A stretch of DNA of 64,000 nt from an uncultured delta proteobacterium (lineage in GTDB: Bacteria > Myxococcota_A > Polyangia > Polyangiales > Polyangiaceae): positions 3,712,001 through 3,776,000 of the forward strand of contig CAWDXG010000004.1 in the NCBI GenBank assembly GCA_963806225.1. The letters are read 5' to 3'. The position numbers and the translations under genes are program-made. The notes below the pieces were generated by a model that did no database searches, had not been told where the DNA came from, and saw nothing but the letters and a program-made list of their open reading frames with translations. Shown here piece by piece: positions 18,720 to 29,201 of the stretch; the stretch's first letter is position 1; each line of letters starts with the position of its first letter.

Positions 18720-20651
18720 CTAGCGCGGCAAGCTGGAAGCGCGACGCGGAGCGCGCGGCACGACCGCCGCGGCGCTGCGGCGAGCCGAGCCGGCTCCAAG
18801 CCGCCGCAAAGCCCGACATACGACCGGATCGCGACAGGGGCCGACCCGGCCGCGATCGCTCGGCCACGCCGGGCCGCCGACCTGGCTGCGCCGGCGCACG
18901 TCCGGACCCCGCCAGCGGGGCAGGGTGTCGGCCAGACGCTTCTCGGAATCGCGCACGGGAGCCAGGCCCAGGTGGATGTCGGGGACCAGCCCGACGTGCT
19001 GGAGCGGCGCGCCATCGGGCAACGCGAAAAGCATCGTGGTGAGCCGGAGCACACCGAGCCCGGAGCGATCGTCGAAGTACTCCTGGATGCAGCCCTTGCC
19101 GAAAGTCCGCGAACCCACCACCGGACCCCGGCGGTAGCTGCCGAGCGCACCGGCGATCATCTCCGCGGCGCTCGCTGTGTAGCCGTCGACCAGGCTGGCG
19201 ACGGGGCCATGCCACTGCGAGTCGGCTGCAGACGCGCGCGCCCGTTGGACTTCCAGCGCTCCTCCACGATGACGCAGCGGGAAGCTGGGGGCGCCGGGCA
19301 GGAACACGCCGATCGCACCCGCAGCCCCGTCGGTCGAGCCACCGCCATTTCCGCGCAGGTCGAGCAGGATCCCCTGCGGTGGTTTCCCGCTCCTGGCGTC
19401 AGCAACCAGCCTGGCCAGTTCGTCACCCAGACCGTCCGGCACGTCGGGTACAGACACGACGAGCACGTTGCCATTTCCATAGGGCACGCGAATGGCGTCG
19501 AGCTGGGGCTCGGGCGGCGAGTCGTCCCCGGCGCCCGGAAGCTCGACGTCGACCTTGACCGGAGAGGCCGCAGCGCGGCGCAAGAGCTCGACGCTGCGCG
19601 AGCTCTCGCCGCCGACAGCTTCGAGCCGTGACAGCTGTTCAACCTGCTCCACGCTCAGTCCAGCGGTGGGAATACCTCCCACCGCGAGCACGAGATCGCC
19701 GACGCGCAGCGGCGAAGCGGGGTCCTCGACGATGCGGACGCCCACCGGCGTCCGCATCATCTGCCCCCAGAGCCGGGGACCGGTATCCACAGTCGCGTCC
19801 GCAGCGTAGAGCGACCACTCCTCGTCCAGCGGAGCCCACTGACCGTGCGCGTCGATCGCGGGCACGTAGGCGCGCACCGCGGCCGCCAGCACGATGCCGG
19901 TCCAGCGATCGATCCCGAGCGTCGGCAGTAGCCGCTCGGCAGCGTCCCCTTCAACCTTCTCGCCGGCCTTGCCGTAGGCTTTGGCGAAGCTGCCTGCGCG
20001 GGTTCCAAGCTCCGCCGCCAGCTGGCGAGCCGGACGCGTGACGGGATCGTCCTGGAAGATGCCGCGGCTGTCGAGCGCGAAGGTTCGCCGCCGCGACAGC
20101 CGGGGAGCCGCCTTCTCCGCCGCATCGAAATCGCCGCGCAGCGACTCGACCCAGGTCTGGGTCACGCCGGCGATCTCGCGTGCCGCAGCACACGGAGCCG
20201 CGTCGCGCGGCGAGCGCTCGATCTCCGCTATCAGGGGCGCCGCCAGCGAGCGGATGCTGCGCGCAGCGGGCGCATCTGGGGCCGCGGACCACAGTCCGTG
20301 CGGATCAAGCCAACCGATCACCGCCTGGGCGAAGGACTCCGGATCCGGATGGCCCGCAGGCTCCGCGATGCGCCCGCGCACCTGGGTGATCACCCGCCGC
20401 GCGTCCCGGCACGAGAGCTCGGTGGGCGTGCCACCCGGCATTTTCAGCGGACGCACCGAGCAGAACGCGTCCGGATCGGGGCGCGAGGACGGAGCGGCCA
20501 GAGGAGGCGCCTTGGCCGGGGCGCGCACCACGGAACCGCTCGGCAGAGGCCGCTGCCGCGGGACCGGATTCCGCACCAACGCAGCAAAAGCCCCCAACGC
20601 CGCCGCGCCGGCCAGCACCACCACCGAAAGTAGACGAGCGCGACGGGCCAT
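18720..20651 (-). CDS. S41 carboxy-terminal processing protease
   Basis: DLRGNGGG, TASAAEMIAG and RTFGKG motifs, a PDZ-like segment and an N-terminal signal/TM. Confidence 0.88.
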   Translation of the reverse strand: MARRARLLSVVVLAGAAALGAFAALVRNPVPRQRPLPSGSVVRAPAKAPPLAAPSSRPDPDAFCSVRPLKMPGGTPTELSCRDARRVITQVRGRIAEPAGHPDPESFAQAVIGWLDPHGLWSAAPDAPAARSIRSLAAPLIAEIERSPRDAAPCAAAREIAGVTQTWVESLRGDFDAAEKAAPRLSRRRTFALDSRGIFQDDPVTRPARQLAAELGTRAGSFAKAYGKAGEKVEGDAAERLLPTLGIDRWTGIVLAAAVRAYVPAIDAHGQWAPLDEEWSLYAADATVDTGPRLWGQMMRTPVGVRIVEDPASPLRVGDLVLAVGGIPTAGLSVEQVEQLSRLEAVGGESSRSVELLRRAAASPVKVDVELPGAGDDSPPEPQLDAIRVPYGNGNVLVVSVPDVPDGLGDELARLVADARSGKPPQGILLDLRGNGGGSTDGAAGAIGVFLPGAPSFPLRHRGGALEVQRARASAADSQWHGPVASLVDGYTASAAEMIAGALGSYRRGPVVGSRTFGKGCIQEYFDDRSGLGVLRLTTMLFALPDGAPLQHVGLVPDIHLGLAPVRDSEKRLADTLPRWRGPDVRRRSQVGGPAWPSDRGRVGPCRDPVVCRALRRLGAGSARRSAAAVVPRAPRRASSLPR

Positions 20652-20733
20652 GGGAACGGAGATGGTAGCACCGGCCGCAACCTACGGCGGAAAACGGGGA
20701 GATTTCCGGGGTCGTGGAGGCTATCTTCGCCGC

Positions 20734-21222
20734 GTGCTCGACGCCATCGTGCTGCTCGGATGCCGTATCGGTCCGGGCGGAAGACCCGCCGCCGCCGCCC
20801 GGCGACGCGCCCAGCGCGCAGCCCGCGCCTGGCACGAAGGGGTTGCGCCCGTGATCGTGGCGAGCGGCGGCCGCCGCTGGCACGGCGTGGCCGAGACCGA
20901 AGCGCTCGGCAGGGAGCTGGTCGCGCTGGGCGTCGACCCCGGCGCCATCATCGGGGAATGGCGATCGCTGACGACGCTCGGCAATGCCGTCTACTCGGCG
21001 GAGCTGCTGCGCGCGCGCGGCAGCCGGCGCATCGGCGTGGTGACGTGCGACTGGCACATGCCCCGTGCGCTGGCGAGCTTCCGGCTGGTCGGGCTCGAGG
21101 CGGCCGCGCTGCCCGCCGCATCACCGCCAGTGCCGGTGACGCGCCGCTTGCTGCGCGCCCTCAGGGAGCGCGGTAGCTGGTGGCTGACCCGTATCGCCAA
21201 GCGAGGCCCGGAATCGGCGTGA
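20734..21222 (+). CDS. YdcF/DUF218 family protein
   Basis: DAIVLLG, IVASGG, SLTTLGNA and VTCDWHMPRA motifs. Confidence 0.88.
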   Translation: MLDAIVLLGCRIGPGGRPAAAARRRAQRAARAWHEGVAPVIVASGGRRWHGVAETEALGRELVALGVDPGAIIGEWRSLTTLGNAVYSAELLRARGSRRIGVVTCDWHMPRALASFRLVGLEAAALPAASPPVPVTRRLLRALRERGSWWLTRIAKRGPESA

Positions 21223-23444
21223 AGAGGCCGGCGCTGGCGCTCTTGTTCGCCCTGCTTCCCGCGTGCCGGGGCTGCGGCCGCAGCAACGGCTCGTCGGTCG
21301 CGAGCGCCGTGACTCCCGCGTCCGCCGCGGCATCGGCCGGGGCGAAGCCCGCGCCGGCGGAAGTGCGCGCGCGGATCAAGGCGCTGCTCTCCGCCGAAGC
21401 ACGTCGCGACTCGAAAGCCGTCAGGGACAGCGATCTGAGCAACCGCGCAGTCGACGTGCGGCGCCACGCGGCCCGGGCACTGGCCCGCATCGGTGGCGCG
21501 CGCGCCGAAGAGCTGCTCTCCCCCCTGCTGTCCGACGAGGATCCCCAGGTCGTCGCCTGGGCAGCCTTCGGTCTGGGGCGGGGTTGCCGGGGACACGAAC
21601 GCACGACGGTGCGCGAGCTGGTGTCGCGCGCCGCCGCGCTCGGGGAAACGCCGGCGCAGCCGCGGAGCGGCGAAGCACCGTTGGATCCGGTCGCCGCAAT
21701 CGCCGACGCGCTGGGCCGCTGCGGCAGCAGCGAAGCCGAACGCACCCTGCGCGCGTGGCTGGACGGACCGAAGACGCGCGCGGAAGCCGCGGCACTCGCG
21801 CTGGGTACGCTCGCGGCGCAGAAGAAGCGACTCGACGACGCGACGGTCGTCGCCCTGCTGGACGCGGCAAGCCGCAAGGACAAACCCCTCGACAACGCGC
21901 TGTTCCCGATCGGCCGCCTCGGCTCGCTGAACGAGCCCGTCCAGACCCGGCTCCTGGCGGTCGCCGACAAGACGCTCGCCGACAGCAAGGGCGCCGCGGC
22001 ACGGTTCGCGGTGCGCGCGCTGGGGCACGCGGGCGACGCGGCGGTCGAGCCGCTCTCGAGGTTACTGGTCGACGCCCACGCTGCGACAGGCGCGCGCGCC
22101 GACGCCGCGCGTGAGCTCGCGCGGTTCGGCGACAGCGGACAGAAGGCGCTCGCCGGCGCACTGGCAAAGCTCGCTCCGACGACGAAGACCGCCGACGCGC
22201 GACATCTCGTCTCGCCCGGGTGGGGGCCACTGGTCGCAACTCTGGACGCGCTCGAGTTTCCCGCGCGCGCCGCCAAGGACGAACTGTCGAGACTCGCCGA
22301 GCTTCCCATACCCGACAACGCCTCGGCCGCATTGAAGAGGCGCATCGTGAAGCTACGCTGCGGCTCGGCGGCGTTGCTCGCGGGCACCGCGAGCCTGGCG
22401 TCGAGACTGGTAGCCTGCGACCCGGACCCGGACGGACGCACCGGAGCGCTGGCCGTGCTCCAGGTGCTCGGTCGGGGCCAGCTCACCCAGGCGCGCTACC
22501 GGCGCTGGAAGACGTTCGCCATGTCCGGGGATCCGGTCGTGCGGCAGGCCGCACTCGAGCTGATGCCGACCCACCCGGAGATCGCTCACCCGGAACAGCT
22601 GCTCTTGTCCGCGTTGGACGCGAAGCAGGCGGGAACGGTCGCGACCGCTGCCCAGGTGCTGGCTGGGTTCCCCGATCGCGCCCAGGCACAACGGCCAGAG
22701 CATCCGGTCGCAGAGGACGGCGGAGCACCTCCGGCCGTCGCCGTGAAGCCGGCGCCGGCGCTGGTGAAGGCGTTGACCGGTGCGTTCGACGCGAAGCGAC
22801 CTCCGGACGCGATAGAGGTGCGCTGCTCGCTGATGGACGCGGCTGCGGCGCTGCAGCTCCTGGCGTTCAAGCCGAAGATCGACCCGTACTGTCACGACCC
22901 GAATCCAACGTTGCGGCAGCACGCGCAGAAGGCACTGCGGCAGCTGGGCAATCGAGGCCGGAAGTGCGACAGCTTCACCCCGCCGAAGAAGGCACCGCCG
23001 GAGCTTTCGCGCGTGCCGGCGCACGAGGTGAAGCTCGAGCTGCAGACCGACGTCGGCACGCTGGATCTCCGGCTCGATCCGGATCTCGCGCCGGTCACCA
23101 CGTCGCGCGTCGTCGAGCTGGCGCGCGCGGGCTTCTACGACAACGTGATCGTGCACCGCGTGGTTCCGGGGTTTGTCGTGCAGTTCGGCGACCCGGAAGG
23201 GGACGGCTACGGCGGCGCGGGCCGTCAGCCGCTGCCCAACGAGGACTCGCCCCGCGTGTTCGAGCCGCTGGGCGTCGGCGTGGCGCTGGCCGGTCCGGAC
23301 ACCGGATCCAGCCAGCTCTTCGTCACGCTGGGCCCCTACCCGCACCTCGACGGCAGCTACCCGCTGGTGGGCCGGGCTGGCGGGAACTGGGATCGACTCG
23401 CTGTCGGCGATGTCATCCACAAGACGACCGTCGGCGAACCCTGA
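21219..23444 (+). CDS. HEAT-repeat lipoprotein with C-terminal cyclophilin-type PPIase
   Basis: Lipobox-like LLPAC, HEAT-like repeats, and GFYDNVIVHRVVPGFVVQFGDP / DTGSSQLFV / HLDGSY. Confidence 0.9.
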   Translation: MKRPALALLFALLPACRGCGRSNGSSVASAVTPASAAASAGAKPAPAEVRARIKALLSAEARRDSKAVRDSDLSNRAVDVRRHAARALARIGGARAEELLSPLLSDEDPQVVAWAAFGLGRGCRGHERTTVRELVSRAAALGETPAQPRSGEAPLDPVAAIADALGRCGSSEAERTLRAWLDGPKTRAEAAALALGTLAAQKKRLDDATVVALLDAASRKDKPLDNALFPIGRLGSLNEPVQTRLLAVADKTLADSKGAAARFAVRALGHAGDAAVEPLSRLLVDAHAATGARADAARELARFGDSGQKALAGALAKLAPTTKTADARHLVSPGWGPLVATLDALEFPARAAKDELSRLAELPIPDNASAALKRRIVKLRCGSAALLAGTASLASRLVACDPDPDGRTGALAVLQVLGRGQLTQARYRRWKTFAMSGDPVVRQAALELMPTHPEIAHPEQLLLSALDAKQAGTVATAAQVLAGFPDRAQAQRPEHPVAEDGGAPPAVAVKPAPALVKALTGAFDAKRPPDAIEVRCSLMDAAAALQLLAFKPKIDPYCHDPNPTLRQHAQKALRQLGNRGRKCDSFTPPKKAPPELSRVPAHEVKLELQTDVGTLDLRLDPDLAPVTTSRVVELARAGFYDNVIVHRVVPGFVVQFGDPEGDGYGGAGRQPLPNEDSPRVFEPLGVGVALAGPDTGSSQLFVTLGPYPHLDGSYPLVGRAGGNWDRLAVGDVIHKTTVGEP

Positions 23445-23533
23445 CGTGTTTCATCGGAAACTCCGTTGCAACCATGTTGGTGCTGGATCTGTCGCCGGGG
23501 CTTTGGCAGCATCGGGCCCTCGTGGGAGGCGAC

Positions 23534-24463
23534 ATGCTCGAAACCAGCAGCGGCTATGGCGGTGGTCCGCCGGGATACGGACAGCCACCGGGCGGATACG
23601 GACAACCCCCCGGACAACCCCCGGGTGGCTACGGACCGCCGGGACAGCCGCCGGGCGGCTACCCACCTCCGGGACAACCCCCCGGCGGCTACGGTCCTCC
23701 TCCGGGAGGCTTCACGCCGCCGCCCGCACCGGGCGGCTACCCGGGCGCGGGCGCGCCAGGTGGCGGCGCCCCCGGCGCGTGGTCCGCGACCGAAGCGTTG
23801 GGATACGCGTGGAACGCGATCACGAAGGACTTCGGCAACGTTGGCCTGCCTCTGGTCGCAGGCTTCTTCATCCTGGGGCTCCCCGCCGGCATCGTCAGCG
23901 GTATCCGCTCCGCGGTCGTCGGCGCAATGGCGGCCAGCAACAGCATGGATTTCCAGACGATCCAGCTCATCAACATCGGCTCGACGCCGATCGTGCTCTT
24001 GTTCAACGCGCTCGCGCAGGCGTTCATGCTCGGCGGCATCGTCAGCTTCGCGCTGAAGGTCGCCCGCGGACAGAAGCCACAGTTCGGCGAGATTTTCCAG
24101 GGAGGCCGCTTCTTCGGGCCGATGCTGCTCGCCTCGATAATCCAGGGTTTCGGCGTGGAGTTCGGCATCGTGCTGTGCATCGTGCCGGGCGTATTCCTGG
24201 CCCTGGCGTGGATGTTCTATCCGATCATGATCGTCGAGCGCGGCGCCAGCGGCGTGGACGCGCTCAAGCAGAGCTGGCAGCTCTCGACCGGACAGAAGAT
24301 GAACCTGCTCGTCCTCGCGCTGCTGCTGTTCGTAGCCCTGATCGTGGGCCTTCTGGCCTGCTGTGTGGGCGCGCTGCTGGTGGGTCCGCTGTGGGTGCTG
24401 TCGATCGTCTTCGTGTACCTCAGGCTGACGGGCCAGGAGCCGGTACCGGTGGTCGCGGGCTGA
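23534..24463 (+). CDS. Membrane protein with Pro/Gly/Tyr-rich N-terminus (DUF975-like)
   Basis: GGAGG RBS, GYGQPP repeats, about five TM helices, and IVPG / DALKQSWQL motifs. Confidence 0.8.
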   Translation: MLETSSGYGGGPPGYGQPPGGYGQPPGQPPGGYGPPGQPPGGYPPPGQPPGGYGPPPGGFTPPPAPGGYPGAGAPGGGAPGAWSATEALGYAWNAITKDFGNVGLPLVAGFFILGLPAGIVSGIRSAVVGAMAASNSMDFQTIQLINIGSTPIVLLFNALAQAFMLGGIVSFALKVARGQKPQFGEIFQGGRFFGPMLLASIIQGFGVEFGIVLCIVPGVFLALAWMFYPIMIVERGASGVDALKQSWQLSTGQKMNLLVLALLLFVALIVGLLACCVGALLVGPLWVLSIVFVYLRLTGQEPVPVVAG

Positions 24464-24516
24464 AGCGCCCGCGCGTCCCGGTGGCCGGCGCAGGGCCGTT
24501 GTTCTAGGCTCGTCCC

Positions 24517-25324
24517 GTGCTCCTGGCCGTCGACATCGGCAACACCAACGTCGTCTTCGGATTGTACGAAGGCGCCACGCTGAGAAAGACCTTCCGCTCG
24601 TCCACGGTGCGCACGCGCACCGCGGACGAGTACGGCGTGCTGCTGCACCAGATGTTCGAGCTGCACGGACACGAGCCCGACTGGATAGACGCAGCGATCA
24701 TCGCCAGCGTGGTGCCGCCGCTCACCGACGTCATGGCCGACGCCCTGCGCCATGCGTTCGCGCGCGAGCCGCTGATCGTCGGCCCAGGCCTGAAGACGGG
24801 CATCTCGGTCCTGTACGAGAACCCGCGCGAAGTCGGCGCCGACCGCATCGTCAACGCCGTGGCGGCCTACGAGCGCGTGCACGGCGGCGTCATCGTCGTC
24901 GACTTCGGCACTGCGACGACCTTCGATTGCATCTCGCCGAAAGCGCGAGTACCTGGGAGGCGTCATCGTGCCGGGCATCCAGGTCAGCCTCGATGCGCTG
25001 CTAGGACGCGCCGCGAAGCTCACGCGCATCGAGATCGCCGAGCCCCCCGGGGTGGTCGGACGCAACACCACTCACGCGCTGCAGTCGGGCGTCGTATACG
25101 GCTATGCGTCAATGGTCGACGGTCTGGTCGACAAGCTGAAGGGGGAGCTTGGCTTCCCATGCGCGGTGCTCGCCACCGGCGGTCTCGCCCAGCTGATCGC
25201 GCGCCACACGGGCAGCATCGAGGCCGTGGACGAGAACCTCACGCTGGAAGGTCTGCGCATCCTGCACGAGCGCAACAGCGTACAGACCGAACCGCAGCCG
25301 ACGCGCCCGCGAGCCGCCCACTGA
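24517..25324 (+). CDS. coaX: Type III pantothenate kinase (one frameshift near 24944)
   Basis: LAVDIGNTN, GADR and VVDFGTATTFD, continuing in another frame as EYLGGVIVPG...ATGG...LTLEGL. Confidence 0.95.
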
Positions 25325-25331
25325 GCCCGCC

Positions 25332-26339
25332 ATGGGCCGCGCGCTCGCCGTCAATCTCGCGCTGTTCGTGCTTCTGGCGGTCAGCGTGTGGCTGGCGCTC
25401 GGCTTCGGCGCGGAGCCCATCAGCATCTCCCGCGCGCTGTCCGATCCGCAGAGCCTCGACGCGACGATCCTGTTCGCCGCGCGGCTGCCGCGCGTAATGC
25501 TCGCGGCGCTGGCCGGCGCCGGCCTGGCCGTCGTGGGTGTCGCGTTCCAGGCGCTGCTCCGCAACCCGCTCGCCGATCCGTACGTGCTCGGCGTGTCGGG
25601 CGGAGCGGCCGCCGGAGCCACGCTGGCGATGCTGGCAGGCGCCAGTGCGCTGTCGCTGTTGGGAGCGGCGCTGGTCCCGGTCGCAGCTCTCGCCGGCGGT
25701 CTGCTCGCCACATTCCTCGTCTACGGCATCGCGCGCGCCGGGGGCGAGGTGTCCGGCACCACGATCGTGCTCGCCGGCGTCATCGTCAACGCGATCGCGG
25801 CGGCGGTGATCACGTTCATCAAGACGCTGGTCTCCGCGGCGAAGGCGCAGGAGCTCCTGTTCTGGCTGATGGGCTTTCTGGACGTGCCGTCCACGCGACA
25901 GCTCGTCATCACGACGATCTGGGTCGTGGCCGGCACGCTGCTGCTCGTTGCCGACTCGGGCAGGCTGAACCTCCTATCGCTCGGTCGGGAGCCGGCGGAA
26001 CACCTGGGCGTCGACGTGAAGCGGCTGGAACGGCGCGTGTTCTTCGCGGCCTCCGCGGTAGCCGGTGCCATCGTCAGCCTGACCGGGCTGATCGGCTTTG
26101 TCGGCCTCGTCGTGCCCCACGCCGTCCGGCGCCTGATCGGCCCCGATCACCGCGCGTTGATCCCGGGCTCGCTCCTGCTCGGCGCCGCAACGCTCGTCGG
26201 CTGCGACGTCGTCGCGCGCGCCGCGTTTCGCTGGCTCGGCACCGAACCGCCCGTGGGCGCCGTCACGGCGCTGATCGGCGGCCCCGTGTTCCTGGTGCTG
26301 CTGTACCGCACGCGGCACCGCGCGACCGGTTTCGCATAG
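25332..26339 (+). CDS. FecCD/BtuC-family ABC permease (iron chelate or cobalamin)
   Basis: RLPR, QALLRNPLADPYVLGVSGGA, GLIGFVGLVVPH and PVGAVTALIGGP motifs. Confidence 0.93.
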   Translation: MGRALAVNLALFVLLAVSVWLALGFGAEPISISRALSDPQSLDATILFAARLPRVMLAALAGAGLAVVGVAFQALLRNPLADPYVLGVSGGAAAGATLAMLAGASALSLLGAALVPVAALAGGLLATFLVYGIARAGGEVSGTTIVLAGVIVNAIAAAVITFIKTLVSAAKAQELLFWLMGFLDVPSTRQLVITTIWVVAGTLLLVADSGRLNLLSLGREPAEHLGVDVKRLERRVFFAASAVAGAIVSLTGLIGFVGLVVPHAVRRLIGPDHRALIPGSLLLGAATLVGCDVVARAAFRWLGTEPPVGAVTALIGGPVFLVLLYRTRHRATGFA

Positions 26340-26354
26340 CGCGGCCCGAGCGCG

Positions 26355-27860
26355 TCACTCCGCCGGCAGGACGGCCACGGCGGCGGCGGACGGCGAGCCG
26401 TGGCGCAGGCGTCCGGCCGAGAGCCGGTCGGACGCGATCCCGTAGCGTTCGGCGATCCGATCGACGGCGGTCTCCGTCGCTTTCTTGTCGGGCAGCACGC
26501 CGCGATACAGCGCGATCTGGATCGGCGAGCGCGGAAACACGCCAGCCAGGAGCCCCGCCGTCGGCAGCAATGCGTCCACGTCCGGCTTCGTACCCGGCTG
26601 CCGGTAGACGAGCAGCGGCGCGGCCGCCGCCGCGCGCTGCGTGCCAGCATCGACCGCCGGCAGGGCCGGCGACGCGGGGCGTTCCTGTTCCTGCAGGTCG
26701 CCGGGTTTCGCGGAGCGAACCAGTGCTGCCACGACATCGCCATCCAGCGGCGCCTGCTCGGGAGCCGGGGTGCCGAGCAGCTGGACACCGCGCCAGAAGC
26801 GCCAGGTCAACTGGAACAGCGAGTCCAGCGTCACCGCACCACGACCAGAAAGCTCGAGCTGCTCGGCATTTCCGGCCAGCGTCTCGCGGCTCCCCTGCCC
26901 CAATCGCGTGAGCAGCGCCAGCGGTTCGGGGGCGCCCTTCTCGGCCGCCACGCGCCGCGCGGCACCGCTCGCGTCGGCCGCTACGTCCTTCGTCGCGGCA
27001 AGCCAGATCCGCGACCAGCTCACTAGCTCGGCGCGGTGCTTTTCGATCAGGGAACGCTGCGCCACGGCCACGAACGGCACCAGGTGCAGAGCATCGCCCG
27101 TGCCGAACAGCATCCTCGCTGTGCCTGCGTCGCGCTCGTCCCGGCCGCGCTCGACCGCCACCAGATCGGCGTCGGTCGCAGAAGGCGACACGAGCTGGAC
27201 GCGCGCAGCATCGACGCCGTTCATGTCGAGTGCGAACAAGCCGAGGAATGCCGCCGACGAACCCGGGGCCGCGGCGAGCTTCACGGCACCCTTCGCCGGC
27301 AGCTGGGCCAGCGAAGAGTACCTGGACTCGAGCACCTCGCGGCCCGACGACCAGCCCGTGACGAGGAACATCTCTGGATCGAGCGCCTTGATGTGCTCGA
27401 ACGAAGCCACGAAGCGCGGCAGCGGCAGCAGCGCCACGTCGGCTCCCGCCTTGTCCGCGCCGCCGCGCGCCAGCGCGCGTTCCACGTCGTCGGGGCTGTC
27501 CACGACCGAAAGCGCCACGTCCAGACCGGCCTCGCCGAAGCGACTCTGCTTGTCGCCGGCAGCGAGCCCGTGGTTGGCCACCAGGCCCGCGGCGGCCAGG
27601 TCCCAACCGAGCGCCACCACGCGCAAGGGGCGGCCAAGCGAGGGCGTCGCGCTCACGCTCGCCGCCGGCGCGTGCGGAGCGGCCGACGCGGACCCGCGGG
27701 CCGTCACCGATGTCGGCGCGGATGCCGAGGCCGACGCCGACGCCGACGCCGCCCGGACGGGCGCGCCGCCCTGGGCAGGCACGCGGTGCCGCGCGAAGAG
27801 GACCCCGACAAAAGTGCCGAGCATCACGACCAGAACCGCAAAGACGATATTCGAACGCAC
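26355..27860 (-). CDS. Membrane-anchored periplasmic-binding-protein-like protein
   Basis: N-terminal TM, Ala/Ser linker, an alpha/beta domain reminiscent of NMT1/THI5-type binding proteins (TGWSSGRE) and a short separate C-terminal domain. Confidence 0.6.
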   Translation of the reverse strand: MRSNIVFAVLVVMLGTFVGVLFARHRVPAQGGAPVRAASASASASASAPTSVTARGSASAAPHAPAASVSATPSLGRPLRVVALGWDLAAAGLVANHGLAAGDKQSRFGEAGLDVALSVVDSPDDVERALARGGADKAGADVALLPLPRFVASFEHIKALDPEMFLVTGWSSGREVLESRYSSLAQLPAKGAVKLAAAPGSSAAFLGLFALDMNGVDAARVQLVSPSATDADLVAVERGRDERDAGTARMLFGTGDALHLVPFVAVAQRSLIEKHRAELVSWSRIWLAATKDVAADASGAARRVAAEKGAPEPLALLTRLGQGSRETLAGNAEQLELSGRGAVTLDSLFQLTWRFWRGVQLLGTPAPEQAPLDGDVVAALVRSAKPGDLQEQERPASPALPAVDAGTQRAAAAAPLLVYRQPGTKPDVDALLPTAGLLAGVFPRSPIQIALYRGVLPDKKATETAVDRIAERYGIASDRLSAGRLRHGSPSAAAVAVLPAE

Positions 27861-27863
27861 GGA

Positions 27864-29075
27864 TCACCAGTGGGAGGACGGCGCCCCGGTGCCGAGGCGA
27901 TGCCGCCCGGGGTAGTTGCCGTGGACCAGCTTCTTCAGCGCGTTGGCGGGCACGGCAAGGTTCAGGTTCTGCACGCGGCCGAGCATCCCGGCGAACTGCG
28001 CCGTGGTGATGCCGACGACCCGGCCCTGCATGTCGAACAGAGGCCCACCCGAGTTCCCGGGGGAAATCGGCACCGAGATCTGGATCCAGCGCTTGCCCTG
28101 GTAGAGCCGTCGCGACGACACCAGTCCGTCGGTCAACGTGTGATCGAGCCCGAGCGGATTGCCGATGGCGATGACGTGTTGGCCCACGACGACACTCTCC
28201 GAATCGCCCAACGGGACCGGCTCGACGTCCACCTTCTTGCCGTGGCTCGGCTTGTCCGGGTCGACTCTCAGGAGCGCCAGATCGTCGCTGGGCGAATCGG
28301 CAAGCAGATCCACGTCGTCGAATGTCGCGCCTGCCATGAAACGGACCTGGACGTGCTTGGCCTCCCCAATCACGTGGTGATTCGTCACGATTGTGCCGTG
28401 CCGGTCGATCAGGAATCCGGTGCCGCCACCTTCCTGTCCGTGGGCTTGCTCGATGGCGATGGTCACCACGGCGGGCGCCAGCTGCTTGAAGAGCTCGGCC
28501 GGGGTCCGGTCCCCGCTCTTGGCGGGCGCGGCCTGGACCGGCCCCGCGTCGGGCTCCGTCTCGAGCACCGGTACCGAGGCGCTGGGCCGAGGCGCGGGAG
28601 CGGAGGCACCCGGCGTCGATTTCCGTGCGGAAGATGACGCGACCGCGGCGGGCAATGCCTTCTCCGGAGCGGGTCGCTTCACGCCGGCCAGCAGGTACGC
28701 CACCGACGCAGGGGTGGCGAGCCCGGCCTTGTCGAAGCGCGCTGCCTCATCCGAAAGCCACGGCCGCGTCAGACCGTGCAGCCCCACGGCAAAGAGTAGC
28801 CCGAACCCGAGCCAGGTCAGCGCGAACACATCACCCGGCAACCCGCGCGCGCGCACCGGATCGTCGTCCGGGAGCAGGCGATCCGCGATGACGGCCGGCA
28901 CCACCAAGGCCACCAGCAGCGCCACGGCGACGCGGATCCAACCGCTGCCGGTGAAGCGCCCGACACACGCCATCAGCGCGATCAGCGTGGCCAGCAAGCC
29001 AGCGATCATCGCGACCACCTTCACCCCTCGGCGGCACGCCACCAGGACAGGACTCGAATTCTGCTTCTTCTTCAT
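27864..29075 (-). CDS. Membrane-bound HtrA-like (S1C) serine protease without PDZ
   Basis: GTGFLI, TNHHVI, DLALL, AIGNPLG and ISPGNSGGPL; three N-terminal TM helices. Confidence 0.9.
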   Translation of the reverse strand: MKKKQNSSPVLVACRRGVKVVAMIAGLLATLIALMACVGRFTGSGWIRVAVALLVALVVPAVIADRLLPDDDPVRARGLPGDVFALTWLGFGLLFAVGLHGLTRPWLSDEAARFDKAGLATPASVAYLLAGVKRPAPEKALPAAVASSSARKSTPGASAPAPRPSASVPVLETEPDAGPVQAAPAKSGDRTPAELFKQLAPAVVTIAIEQAHGQEGGGTGFLIDRHGTIVTNHHVIGEAKHVQVRFMAGATFDDVDLLADSPSDDLALLRVDPDKPSHGKKVDVEPVPLGDSESVVVGQHVIAIGNPLGLDHTLTDGLVSSRRLYQGKRWIQISVPISPGNSGGPLFDMQGRVVGITTAQFAGMLGRVQNLNLAVPANALKKLVHGNYPGRHRLGTGAPSSHW

Positions 29076-29201
29076 CCCCGCGCGTCCCGGATTCCTGGTA
29101 GTCCGCCCCGCCGCGGGCGTCGAGCCACGTCGCACAAACGCCGAGCGGGAGCCGCCTGTTGAAGCGACTCCCGCTGGCTGTCCGGCAGCCCGGACGTTCG
29201 G

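Noticed and set aside
24930..24960. Programmed frameshift or true pseudogene in coaX (and ftsE, ftsX, fmt)
   Set aside because: There is no slippery heptamer and no nonsense decay, and similar indels are scattered across the window. Sequencing error is more parsimonious.
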